From: a virus
Taxonomy: Duplodnaviria; Caudoviricetes
Virus record (IMG/VR): IMGVR_UViG_3300017912_000615
Location: 1 to 28,007 of that record
DNA length: 28,007 nucleotides
Direction: 5' to 3' (one strand)
Shown: positions 1-8,159 of the stretch, piece by piece
Numbering within the stretch: the first letter of the stretch is position 1
How the letters are laid out: every line of letters begins with the position of its first letter
Notes under the pieces: generated by a model
The model's input: the letters and a program-made list of their open reading frames with translations, nothing else
Database searches by the model: none
Told to the model about the DNA's origin: nothing
Program-made: the position numbers and the translations under genes

Positions 1-1
1 A

Positions 2-2602
2 GTTGGCATAGGAACTAGTTCGCCAGCAACCAGTTTCCATATATCAGAATCATCAAATGCAACAAGTCCAGCATTAAGAATTACAAATGATAATTCAGAA
101 AGTCTTACTATAGGTGTTGTTCGTTCAGTTGCTGGTACTGCTCCTGATACAGCATTTATTGATTTTGATAATGCATTAAGATTTATTGGTCAAACTGGTA
201 CTACCAATGAAAGAATGAGAATTACCGAAGCAGGCAACGTAGGCATCGGAACTAGTTCGCCTTTAGCAAAGCTAGAAAGCTATGTGAGTGGTAACTTTAG
301 TACAACTTATAATGATTTTTCAGGTGATGGATTATATATACAAACAAATGGTACTGTTGGTGTTGGTGAATATACAGCAGGTCTTAGTTTTTCAAGAACT
401 GTTGCTAATAATGCTAGAGCTGCTGGGATTGCAGGTGTGCAGGATGGTAGTGATGCTGACCAAGTTGGATTAGCTTTTTTCACACATCCCTCTACTGGTA
501 CAGCTATTGCTTTACAAGAAAGTTTGAGAATATCATCCGATGGCAACGTTGGTATAGGAACATCAAGTCCTGCAAACTCATTAGAAATACAATATGGAAC
601 AGTTGGTACAGGAAATGGCTCAAACAATACAATAGCACTTAGATATAACTCTACTACTTTATATGGTCAGCATTATATGGATGCTAATGGTATATATCAT
701 ATACTTGCTGATAATAGCGGTGCTGCTGGTGGTAATTTACAATTAGATGCAGATACTTCATTAAGATTTGCTACTGGTTCTACACCAACTGAACGTATGC
801 GAATAGATAGCTCAGGCAATGTCGGTATAGGAACTACTTCGCCATCACAATTATTAAGTGTTTCAAATTTATCAGGTGGTGCTTCATTATTAATTCAATC
901 AAATAATGCTTCAAGTGCTGGTAATTTGTTGTTTGGTGATAATGATAGCGATACAGCAGGTCGGGTTCAATATGTCCATTCAGAAAATAGTATGAGACTT
1001 AATACCAATGGTTCAGAACGTATGAGAATAGACAGTTCAGGCAACGTCGGCATTGGAACTACTAACCCATCAGACGGTTTAGAAATAAGTCATACAAACC
1101 CAAAAATTAGAATCAGAGAATCAGATGTTACTAATGGCTTTGCTGATATTTTATACAACAGCACACGTTTAAGAATTAGGTCAAGGAATGACACTACTAA
1201 TGGTGCTATAGCTTTTGAAGGTCAAGCAGGGTCAACTGTTACTGAATATGCAAGGTTTAATACAGCAGGTAACTTGGGTATAGGAACTACTTCGCCAGCC
1301 GGCAGATTACATGTTGCAAATTTTCAATCAACCAAACAATTAACTTTAGAACGTACTGGTTCTAATTCAGCTAAATTTAGCTTCAACACATTTACTGATT
1401 CTATGACTATTGTAGATGAAGGAGGAGGTTCTGGTGCTGAAAGATTCAGAATTGATAGTTCAGGCAACCTCGGCATAGGAACTAATTCGCCAGATTATAA
1501 ATTAGAGGTAAATGGAGATGTAATGGTAGGGGATGCAAGTGCGGTCACTTCCCCCTCTTTTAGTGCTCAACAACAAATTGTTAAAAGTTTTACACATGGT
1601 TCTACTGGAGTAGGTCGTGCAGGAAATTTATATCTTTTAAATACAAATACCACTGGAGAGGCAGGATTTTTAACCTTTGGTGCTTATTATAATAATACTA
1701 ATAATTTATATTATCAGACCGGTGGTATTGGCGGAGGAAAAGAAACCTCAACAGGGGATGGAGCTTGGGGAGGTTATTTAAATTTTTGGACTACATCAGA
1801 TGGTACAGCAGGTGGAGCAAGTGGTCAGTTTGAACATATGCGAATTACTGCTGATGGCAACGTAGGGATAGGAACTACTTCGCCTAGTGCTAAGTTGCAT
1901 GTAAGCGGAACTGATGCACAAATTTTAGCTACTGGTGATAATGCAATGGCACTTCATCAAGATGCTGCGTGGCGGTCAAATATGTATTTCGGTGCAAAAT
2001 ACGATGGTAGTAATGAAGTGTATGGAGCAAGCAGTAGGGGTGCTTTTAAAATTTTAGGCTTACATGATGGCGATACATCACCACAATACTTAGCAATTTA
2101 TGGAGCTAATGCAGGGACAGCAGGCAACACTATTAGTTGGAATACTGTTGGTTTTGCTCAAGACGAAGATGGCAACGTCGGCATCGGAACTACTTCGCCA
2201 AGTGAAAAACTTGAAGTAAATGGTGGTGCAGATGCGATTGTAAAGATTACTGGTACTTCTACAGCAGCACGATTAGACCTTGCAACAACTACTCATCATG
2301 TCTTTATGCAAGTTATTGAATCTGATGGCAGATTTAGAATATATGACCAAACAGCTGCTAATGAATATTTAACAATAAGCAATGCAGGCAACGTTGGCAT
2401 AGGAACTTCTTCGCCAACTGAAAAACTACAAGTAAACGGAAAAATTAAAGTAAGTAATGGTGGTAATTTATTCATAGATTCAACTGCTACTGATGCGATT
2501 TTTGCAGCTACTGGTAGTCAGTTCATGAGATTTGAAACCAACAGTTCTGAAAGAATGAGGATTACTAATGCAGGCAACGTAGGCATCGGAACTACTTCGC
2601 CA
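2..2602 (+). repeat. 11 dispersed ~30-nt intragenic repeats, consensus GGC AAC GTN GGC ATH GGA ACT ANT TCG CCW (GNVGIGTxSP)
   Basis: Copies at about 2, 233, 542, 815, 1040, 1268, 1463, 1856, 2171, 2387 and 2573, read directly from the sequence. Confidence 0.9.
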
Positions 2603-3244
2603 TCTCACAAACTAGATATTGTTGGTGGTGGCTTAGAAATTACACAAGAAGAAACTACTGATGCGATTGCTTTACTAGATTCTAATAATGCAAATGCTAA
2701 ATATTTAAGTATTCAAGGCGATGAAGGTGATTGTAATATTGATAATTCATCAGGTCGAATTATTTTACAAAGAAATGGTGTCAATAGATTATTATGTACT
2801 ACAAGTGGAGTTGATATTAATGGTGCGTTATCTAAAGACTCAGGCTCATTTAAGATTGACCACCCACTCAAACCAGAGACCCATCATCTCGTTCACTCAT
2901 TTATTGAGGGACCACAAGCTGATAACCTGTACAGTGGTGAAATAGAACTTATTAATGGTCAAGCACAAATTAATTTAGATGAGTGGTTTGGTATGACTGA
3001 AGGAACATTAGTAGCATTAAATAGAGACTTCAGAGTCTTTACAACTAATGAGTCTGATTGGGATAATGTCAAAGGTAGCATAGAAAATAATATACTAACT
3101 ATTATCTGTCAAAACCCAGACTCAAATGCCACAGTATCTTGGTTAGTGATAGGCGAAAGACAAGACAAAGAAATATACGAATCAATATTAACGGATGACA
3201 ATGGTAAAATTATTGTCGAACCACAAAAGGTCACTGAAGAGTGA
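2..3244 (+). CDS. Long modular tail fibre / receptor-binding protein, 5'-partial (start lies upstream of the window)
   Basis: The frame of the 215..3244 ORF is open back to base 2 (VGIGTSSPAT...). It has 11 copies of the (ERMRI)xxxGN(V/L)GIGTxxP repeat separated by variable 45-130 aa G/S/T/N-rich modules. The C-terminal KxSGSFKIDHP...HSFIEGP domain is typical of marine phage fibre ends. Confidence 0.85.
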   Translation, partial: VGIGTSSPATSFHISESSNATSPALRITNDNSESLTIGVVRSVAGTAPDTAFIDFDNALRFIGQTGTTNERMRITEAGNVGIGTSSPLAKLESYVSGNFSTTYNDFSGDGLYIQTNGTVGVGEYTAGLSFSRTVANNARAAGIAGVQDGSDADQVGLAFFTHPSTGTAIALQESLRISSDGNVGIGTSSPANSLEIQYGTVGTGNGSNNTIALRYNSTTLYGQHYMDANGIYHILADNSGAAGGNLQLDADTSLRFATGSTPTERMRIDSSGNVGIGTTSPSQLLSVSNLSGGASLLIQSNNASSAGNLLFGDNDSDTAGRVQYVHSENSMRLNTNGSERMRIDSSGNVGIGTTNPSDGLEISHTNPKIRIRESDVTNGFADILYNSTRLRIRSRNDTTNGAIAFEGQAGSTVTEYARFNTAGNLGIGTTSPAGRLHVANFQSTKQLTLERTGSNSAKFSFNTFTDSMTIVDEGGGSGAERFRIDSSGNLGIGTNSPDYKLEVNGDVMVGDASAVTSPSFSAQQQIVKSFTHGSTGVGRAGNLYLLNTNTTGEAGFLTFGAYYNNTNNLYYQTGGIGGGKETSTGDGAWGGYLNFWTTSDGTAGGASGQFEHMRITADGNVGIGTTSPSAKLHVSGTDAQILATGDNAMALHQDAAWRSNMYFGAKYDGSNEVYGASSRGAFKILGLHDGDTSPQYLAIYGANAGTAGNTISWNTVGFAQDEDGNVGIGTTSPSEKLEVNGGADAIVKITGTSTAARLDLATTTHHVFMQVIESDGRFRIYDQTAANEYLTISNAGNVGIGTSSPTEKLQVNGKIKVSNGGNLFIDSTATDAIFAATGSQFMRFETNSSERMRITNAGNVGIGTTSPSHKLDIVGGGLEITQEETTDAIALLDSNNANAKYLSIQGDEGDCNIDNSSGRIILQRNGVNRLLCTTSGVDINGALSKDSGSFKIDHPLKPETHHLVHSFIEGPQADNLYSGEIELINGQAQINLDEWFGMTEGTLVALNRDFRVFTTNESDWDNVKGSIENNILTIICQNPDSNATVSWLVIGERQDKEIYESILTDDNGKIIVEPQKVTEE

Positions 3245-3274
3245 AAATAAAGCTATTGAAAGGAGGAAATTAAA

Positions 3275-3622
3275 ATGGCTATATCATACGAATGGAATTG
3301 TAAACAGGTTGACTATTATCCAACATTGGATGATAAAACCAAAGTTATTTACAATGTACACTGGAGACTAAAAGGTACTTCAGATTCCGTAGATAGTGAA
3401 GGGAACCCATACTCTGCAGAGGTTTATGGTAGCCAGTCACTAGACACATCAGATTTATCAAGCTTCACAGAATACGCAGACTTGACAGCAGCAGACGTAG
3501 AAAACTGGGTCAAACTAGCGATAGGTAGTGAAGAAGTAGAAAATCTAGAAAATAATATTAGCTCCCAAATTGATGAGTTAAAAAGCCCATCAAGTGTTAG
3601 CGAAACTATGTCTTTTGAATAA
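3275..3622 (+). CDS. Conserved phage protein downstream of the tail fibre, possible fibre assembly chaperone (115 aa, acidic)
   Basis: Strong RBS (AGGAGG about 8 nt upstream). The YxW...VxxVHW pattern is one I recall from ORFs that follow GNVGIGT-repeat fibres. Function is inferred from position. Confidence 0.6.
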   Translation: MAISYEWNCKQVDYYPTLDDKTKVIYNVHWRLKGTSDSVDSEGNPYSAEVYGSQSLDTSDLSSFTEYADLTAADVENWVKLAIGSEEVENLENNISSQIDELKSPSSVSETMSFE

Positions 3623-3624
3623 GC

Positions 3625-3864
3625 ATGGAAGTATCGAGCTTAATGTTTTGGAATATCTTTATAACTCTGGTCCTAGCTCCAGTGCTTTATAGCATTCGAC
3701 AGAACGGGTCAGAGTTAAAAAGATTGGATATATTATTAAATAAAACCAGAGAAGAAGTAGCAACTAACTATGTTTTAAAGGTTGATAACAAAGATATTAT
3801 GAAGTCTGTTATGGAAAGGTTTGACAAATTAGAAGAAAAGATTGACAAATTGATGGAAAAATAG
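3625..3864 (+). CDS. Small membrane-anchored coiled-coil protein (79 aa)
   Basis: N-terminal hydrophobic helix (LMFWNIFITLVLAPVLYSI) followed by a heptad-like tail (RFDKLEEKIDKL). Confidence 0.65.
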   Translation: MEVSSLMFWNIFITLVLAPVLYSIRQNGSELKRLDILLNKTREEVATNYVLKVDNKDIMKSVMERFDKLEEKIDKLMEK

Positions 3865-3874
3865 TAAAATATAG

Positions 3875-4009
3875 ATGAAGAGTAGGAAAACTAAAAAGAC
3901 TAAGAAACTTCCTGTTTCGACCTTAGTCATCTCTATATCTACTAGCCCTTCAAAGATTGTAAAGACTTTACAGAGTAGGAAAAAGAACAATGGCAACAAA
4001 AAGAAATAA
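3875..4009 (+). CDS. Small Lys-rich hypothetical protein (44 aa, MKSRKTKKTKKLPVSTLVISISTSPSKIVKTLQSRKKNNGNKKK), not in the ORF track
   Basis: ATG 3875 to TAA 4009 fills the only gap between two + strand genes and overlaps the next start. RBS is weak. Confidence 0.4.
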   Translation: MKSRKTKKTKKLPVSTLVISISTSPSKIVKTLQSRKKNNGNKKK

Positions 4010-6389
4010 AAATAAAAGAGCAAGAACAGTATCTGAACGACAAGACTATCGTCAAGGTGGTAGAGTTAAAAAGTTTACTGGTGGGAGTCCAGTTAGGTCT
4101 GGTCAAATGAGTAGATTCAGAAACTTAGCAAGAGAAGGACAAGCTCAACTTGATGAACTTAATAAACCTTTACCAACCCCTGCACCTCAACCTAGAATGG
4201 GACAAGATATTATGCCTGAAGGTGCTAAGACAGGTAGACCTGATGTTGGTGTTGCACCTAGTCCTGCTCCAAGACAAGATATTGTATTACCGGGAGGTAA
4301 AACAGGAATAGGAGATGAACCTATGCCAGCATCTACAATAGGACAACCAGTAATAACTCCTCCTCCTACTCCAGCTCCAGAGCCAGAACCTACCCCACTT
4401 CCTACTGGTGGAGTTCAAGTAGGCGATAGAAAATTTATCGGTGATGTAGAGTATATATGGGATGGTAATGGTTGGATACCTATGGGTGATAGAGATTATG
4501 ATGGTAGAGGTGAACCGGAACCGGGAGGACCAGAGCCAACACCGGCTCCAAGTCCTACTCCTAGTCCAGAGCCAACACCAGCTCCAGCACCAACACCTCC
4601 ACCAACTCCAACTCCAACTCCAAGAGGTAGAGAATTAGCTGAAGATATTCTTAGTGGAGACTTTCAAGCTCCACAAATTCCTGCAGTTGAGGAAGTACCT
4701 ATTGGTGAAGATATTCCTGTTTACAAAATTGAAGAAGACTTTGGTATTCCGATGTCAGAGATTGCTACTTTACCACAACCAAGTCAAGAACAAGTACAAG
4801 AAATGCAAAACATTCGAGAGGCTGGCGACCCTATCGAAGTTCAAGTTAAGAAAATATTAGATGTAACTACTCTCCCTGAAGATGTTGCTATTAAAGTTGC
4901 CACTGGAGAATTAAGTCCAGAAGCTATTGCTAGAGAAATAAACATAGCTAGAGTAGGAGAAATTAAAGCAGCTGAAGTTGAAATAGAAGAAGGTGCTTTA
5001 ACAAATAGAGTTGTAGGAGCTATTAGCCCAGAGGCAAAAGCTGTTGCAGCTAAGAATGCTGGATTAACTTTATCTCGAGTTACCAGAGCTAAGAAACAAT
5101 TAAGAAATGCTGGTTTATCAGAAGAAGATATAGCAGAGCTTGGTAATGACCCTGAAGCTCTTGAAGATAGAGCTTTAGATTTTACTGAACAACAAAGAGG
5201 TATTATTGAAGGTTTACCTGAAGAAGCTTTAGTATCTAATCAAATTGATAGTTTATTATCAGGCATTGAAGAAGGTGAAATACCAGCATGGGCTAGACCA
5301 GCAGTAGCAAGTGTTGAACAAATGTTAGCTCAAAGAGGTATGTCAGCTTCTACAGTTGGTCGAGATGCATTATTAAATAGTATTATTCAATCAGCCTTAC
5401 CAATAGCTCAGTCCAATGCCCAAGCTATTCAACAGTCTGTATCACAACAAAGAAGTATTGAAGCTCAAGCATTTGAAGCAGATGCTCAAAGACAACAACA
5501 AGCTGCTCTTACTAATGCTAATAATGTTTTCCAAATGGATATGGCTCAGTTTAGTGCTGACCAACAAACAGCTTTAGCTAACAGTAAATTTTTACAAACT
5601 GTTAGTTTAACTGAAGCAAGTAATAGACAACAAGCTGCTGTACAAAACGCTGTCTTAATGTCACAGGCAAATATTGCTGAAGCTAATTTATTTCAACAAG
5701 CTCAGATAGCAAATGCTAAAAACTTCTTAGCTATGGATATGGCTAACTTAAGTAATACTCAGCAGTCATTTATGTTAGAAGCTCAACAAGAGCAACAAAG
5801 AATGTTATCTAACCAAGCAGCTCTAAATGCAGCTGAACAATTTAATGCAGCTTCAGAAATGCAGGTAGAACAGTTTAATGCTAACTTAGCTTCTAATGTA
5901 GATAAGTTTAATGCTGGTCAAATAAACAGTGCTAAACAATTTAATGCAGCTGCTCAGAATGCTGCTGAAGCTAGAAGAGTTGCAAACGAAATGGAAGTTG
6001 CTAAATCTAATGCTATGATAGTAAATGATATTAATAAATATAACTCTCAAGTAGCTTTTGAAAGAGATAGATTTAATGTTGCTAATCAACAAGCTATTAC
6101 TCAATCAAACTTTGAATGGCGAAGAAAAGCAAACTTAGCTGATACAGCTGTACAAAATCAAATCAATATGCAGAATGCTATGAATGCTTATAATCTAAAT
6201 ACAGCTAGTTTAAGTTTTATTTGGCAAGAGTTAAGAGATGATGCTGATAGACAATGGCGACATGAAGAAAATGAATTAAATAGAAAGAATGCTTTAATCC
6301 AACAAGCTATTGATAATGCTTCAGCGATTGGTAAACACTACAGTTCATATTCAAGTATAGTAGACATGATAGGTGATATTTTTGATTAA
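3990..6389 (+). CDS. Putative internal virion / DNA-ejection (pilot-like) protein, 799 aa
   Basis: Basic N-terminus, Pro/Thr-rich linker, acidic middle and a Q/N/A-rich C-terminal coiled coil with 11-residue periodicity. It lies in the post-tail structural block. Confidence 0.6.
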   Translation: MATKRNKNKRARTVSERQDYRQGGRVKKFTGGSPVRSGQMSRFRNLAREGQAQLDELNKPLPTPAPQPRMGQDIMPEGAKTGRPDVGVAPSPAPRQDIVLPGGKTGIGDEPMPASTIGQPVITPPPTPAPEPEPTPLPTGGVQVGDRKFIGDVEYIWDGNGWIPMGDRDYDGRGEPEPGGPEPTPAPSPTPSPEPTPAPAPTPPPTPTPTPRGRELAEDILSGDFQAPQIPAVEEVPIGEDIPVYKIEEDFGIPMSEIATLPQPSQEQVQEMQNIREAGDPIEVQVKKILDVTTLPEDVAIKVATGELSPEAIAREINIARVGEIKAAEVEIEEGALTNRVVGAISPEAKAVAAKNAGLTLSRVTRAKKQLRNAGLSEEDIAELGNDPEALEDRALDFTEQQRGIIEGLPEEALVSNQIDSLLSGIEEGEIPAWARPAVASVEQMLAQRGMSASTVGRDALLNSIIQSALPIAQSNAQAIQQSVSQQRSIEAQAFEADAQRQQQAALTNANNVFQMDMAQFSADQQTALANSKFLQTVSLTEASNRQQAAVQNAVLMSQANIAEANLFQQAQIANAKNFLAMDMANLSNTQQSFMLEAQQEQQRMLSNQAALNAAEQFNAASEMQVEQFNANLASNVDKFNAGQINSAKQFNAAAQNAAEARRVANEMEVAKSNAMIVNDINKYNSQVAFERDRFNVANQQAITQSNFEWRRKANLADTAVQNQINMQNAMNAYNLNTASLSFIWQELRDDADRQWRHEENELNRKNALIQQAIDNASAIGKHYSSYSSIVDMIGDIFD
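4355..4622 (+). repeat. Low-complexity (PT/PA/PE/PS)n proline-rich coding repeats
   Basis: TPPPTPAPEPEPTP and PEPTPAPSPTPSPEPTPAPAPTPPPTPTPTP, with CCA/CCT-rich hexamer-like DNA. Confidence 0.8.
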
Positions 6390-6401
6390 GGAGAATAATT
6401 A

Positions 6402-7565
6402 ATGTTTAAAAAATTGTTTAAAAAGATAGCTAAAGGAATTAAAAAAGTAGCTAAAAAAATTGTTAAAGTTCAAAAGAAAGTTTGGAAAGGAATTAAAAAA
6501 GTTGGTGGTAAAGTTATGAAAGCTATCAATAAGGCAGGGATAGTTGGTCAAATTGGCTTGATGCTGATTATGCCCTATGCTATGTCGGGACTAGGTAGTT
6601 TAATTGGTAATGCAGCTGGAGGACTTAGTGCAACTTGGAATGGCTTTGGTAACTGGGCAAGTACTATGATGGGTAAATCAAATGTCTTTGCAAAAGCTGT
6701 AGGAAATATTGCTCGAGGAGTTTATCATGCAGGAGCAACTGCTGGTAAAATAGTTAGTGGAGCTGCTAAGTTTATTGATACTGGCTTTAAAGCTGTAGCT
6801 AATGCGACAGGGCTTCCTAATCCTATCGAAGGTTTTTCAAATGCAGTTAAGTCTGGTTATACCAATAGCTTCCAAGCAACTAACAATTTCTTGTTTGGTG
6901 GTACACAAATAGGAGCTACCCCTGAACAATTAGCAGCAGCTGGAGTACAACCTACTACAACATTACCTAAAATTAATATGGAAGCTATGGAGTTTGGTGA
7001 AGCACCTAAATTTGAAGCTGGTGAAAGTTTAGAAACTTATCTAGAAAGAACTAAACCGGGAGGAGTGCAAATGCCAGATTTCCAACAGTCAACAATATCA
7101 AGTCAACAAATTAGATTTAATCCTAAGACTGGCCAGTATGAAAAAATAACTTTAACAAACTTACCAGATGCAAGTCTAAAAGTAACAGATGCAAGTACAC
7201 CGTTATCTGAACAAGTTAAAACAGATTTAGGTATCTCAGACCCTATCGATTATGTTGGTCAATTATCTACTCCAAGAACACAACAAAGTACTTTAGAAAA
7301 ATGGGGAGAAAGAGCCCAAGATTTTGTTGAAAGTAAAGCTGGTGAGTACGCAGAGAAATGGGCTTCTAATAGAATTAATGAAGCTGTTTATGGTGAACAA
7401 GAAACTGATACAAGTATTGGTTTTAATAATTGGGAAGAAATTGGTAAAACTATATCAGTACAAAACTTCTTCCAAAGAGGAGATACTTATACTCCAAGCT
7501 TAGCAGCTTTTTATGACGAAGCAGAAAATGCTTTTAATCCACCAAGACAAGGAGGGTTCGCATGA
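6402..7565 (+). CDS. Putative internal virion/ejection protein with a cationic amphipathic N-terminus (387 aa)
   Basis: RBS AAGGAG. The N-terminus MFKKLFKKIAKGIKKVAKK... is followed by a Gly/Ala-rich hydrophobic segment. Confidence 0.6.
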   Translation: MFKKLFKKIAKGIKKVAKKIVKVQKKVWKGIKKVGGKVMKAINKAGIVGQIGLMLIMPYAMSGLGSLIGNAAGGLSATWNGFGNWASTMMGKSNVFAKAVGNIARGVYHAGATAGKIVSGAAKFIDTGFKAVANATGLPNPIEGFSNAVKSGYTNSFQATNNFLFGGTQIGATPEQLAAAGVQPTTTLPKINMEAMEFGEAPKFEAGESLETYLERTKPGGVQMPDFQQSTISSQQIRFNPKTGQYEKITLTNLPDASLKVTDASTPLSEQVKTDLGISDPIDYVGQLSTPRTQQSTLEKWGERAQDFVESKAGEYAEKWASNRINEAVYGEQETDTSIGFNNWEEIGKTISVQNFFQRGDTYTPSLAAFYDEAENAFNPPRQGGFA

Positions 7566-8158
7566 AACCAACATTACAAGAATTTGACCCAGAAGTAATT
7601 AGACAGTTTGAAGGTAATCCGGGTGTTTCTGTACCGGGACAATCATTAACTAATGACCCTAAAAATCCCTACCCTTGGGAGCAACCACCTAGGTTTGTTA
7701 AACATCAAGAAGCTTTAGACTATATTGTTGCAGAGTTATTAGAAGAAGATAGAGTTATGGTTATTCTTGATAGCATTAGTAAAGGTGTACCTATTAGTGA
7801 TATTGCTTTTCTTATCTTAAGACAAGGCTTTTCTAAAGGTCTATTTAATCCTGACTTAATGTTAATGTTAGCTGAGCCTTTGATGTTTGTTATGATGGCT
7901 TTAGCTGAGAAATCAGGTATTGAATATATCTTATATGAAGGTGAGCATTACGAAGATGATGAGTTTGATGTTGACCAAGAAGATGAAGAAGACTTACCAG
8001 ATATGATTAGAAGTAAAATACCACAGGTCTCAAAAGAAGAATTAGAACAAGTTGAACTACCAGAATCAGTAGAACAACGTATAGAACAATTTACACCTTC
8101 AGATAGTTTATTAGCTAGACCAGCTGAAGAAGATACAAGTTTATTAGAGAGAGGATAG
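7562..8158 (+). CDS. Conserved acidic phage protein, probably virion-associated (198 aa)
   Basis: ATGA overlap with the upstream gene and RBS GGAGG. Contains a PGQSLT...PYPWEQPP motif that I recall from marine podovirus structural regions. Confidence 0.6.
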   Translation: MKPTLQEFDPEVIRQFEGNPGVSVPGQSLTNDPKNPYPWEQPPRFVKHQEALDYIVAELLEEDRVMVILDSISKGVPISDIAFLILRQGFSKGLFNPDLMLMLAEPLMFVMMALAEKSGIEYILYEGEHYEDDEFDVDQEDEEDLPDMIRSKIPQVSKEELEQVELPESVEQRIEQFTPSDSLLARPAEEDTSLLERG

Positions 8159-8159
8159 A

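Noticed and set aside
215-217. ATG at 215 as the tail fibre start
   Set aside because: The frame is open to base 2 and already contains a repeat copy. This Met is the internal ERMRI motif.
2-2602. CRISPR array or DGR interpretation of the ~30-nt repeats
   Set aside because: The repeats are degenerate, in frame and spaced about 185-395 nt by coding modules. No reverse transcriptase or adenine-specific TR/VR pair was seen.
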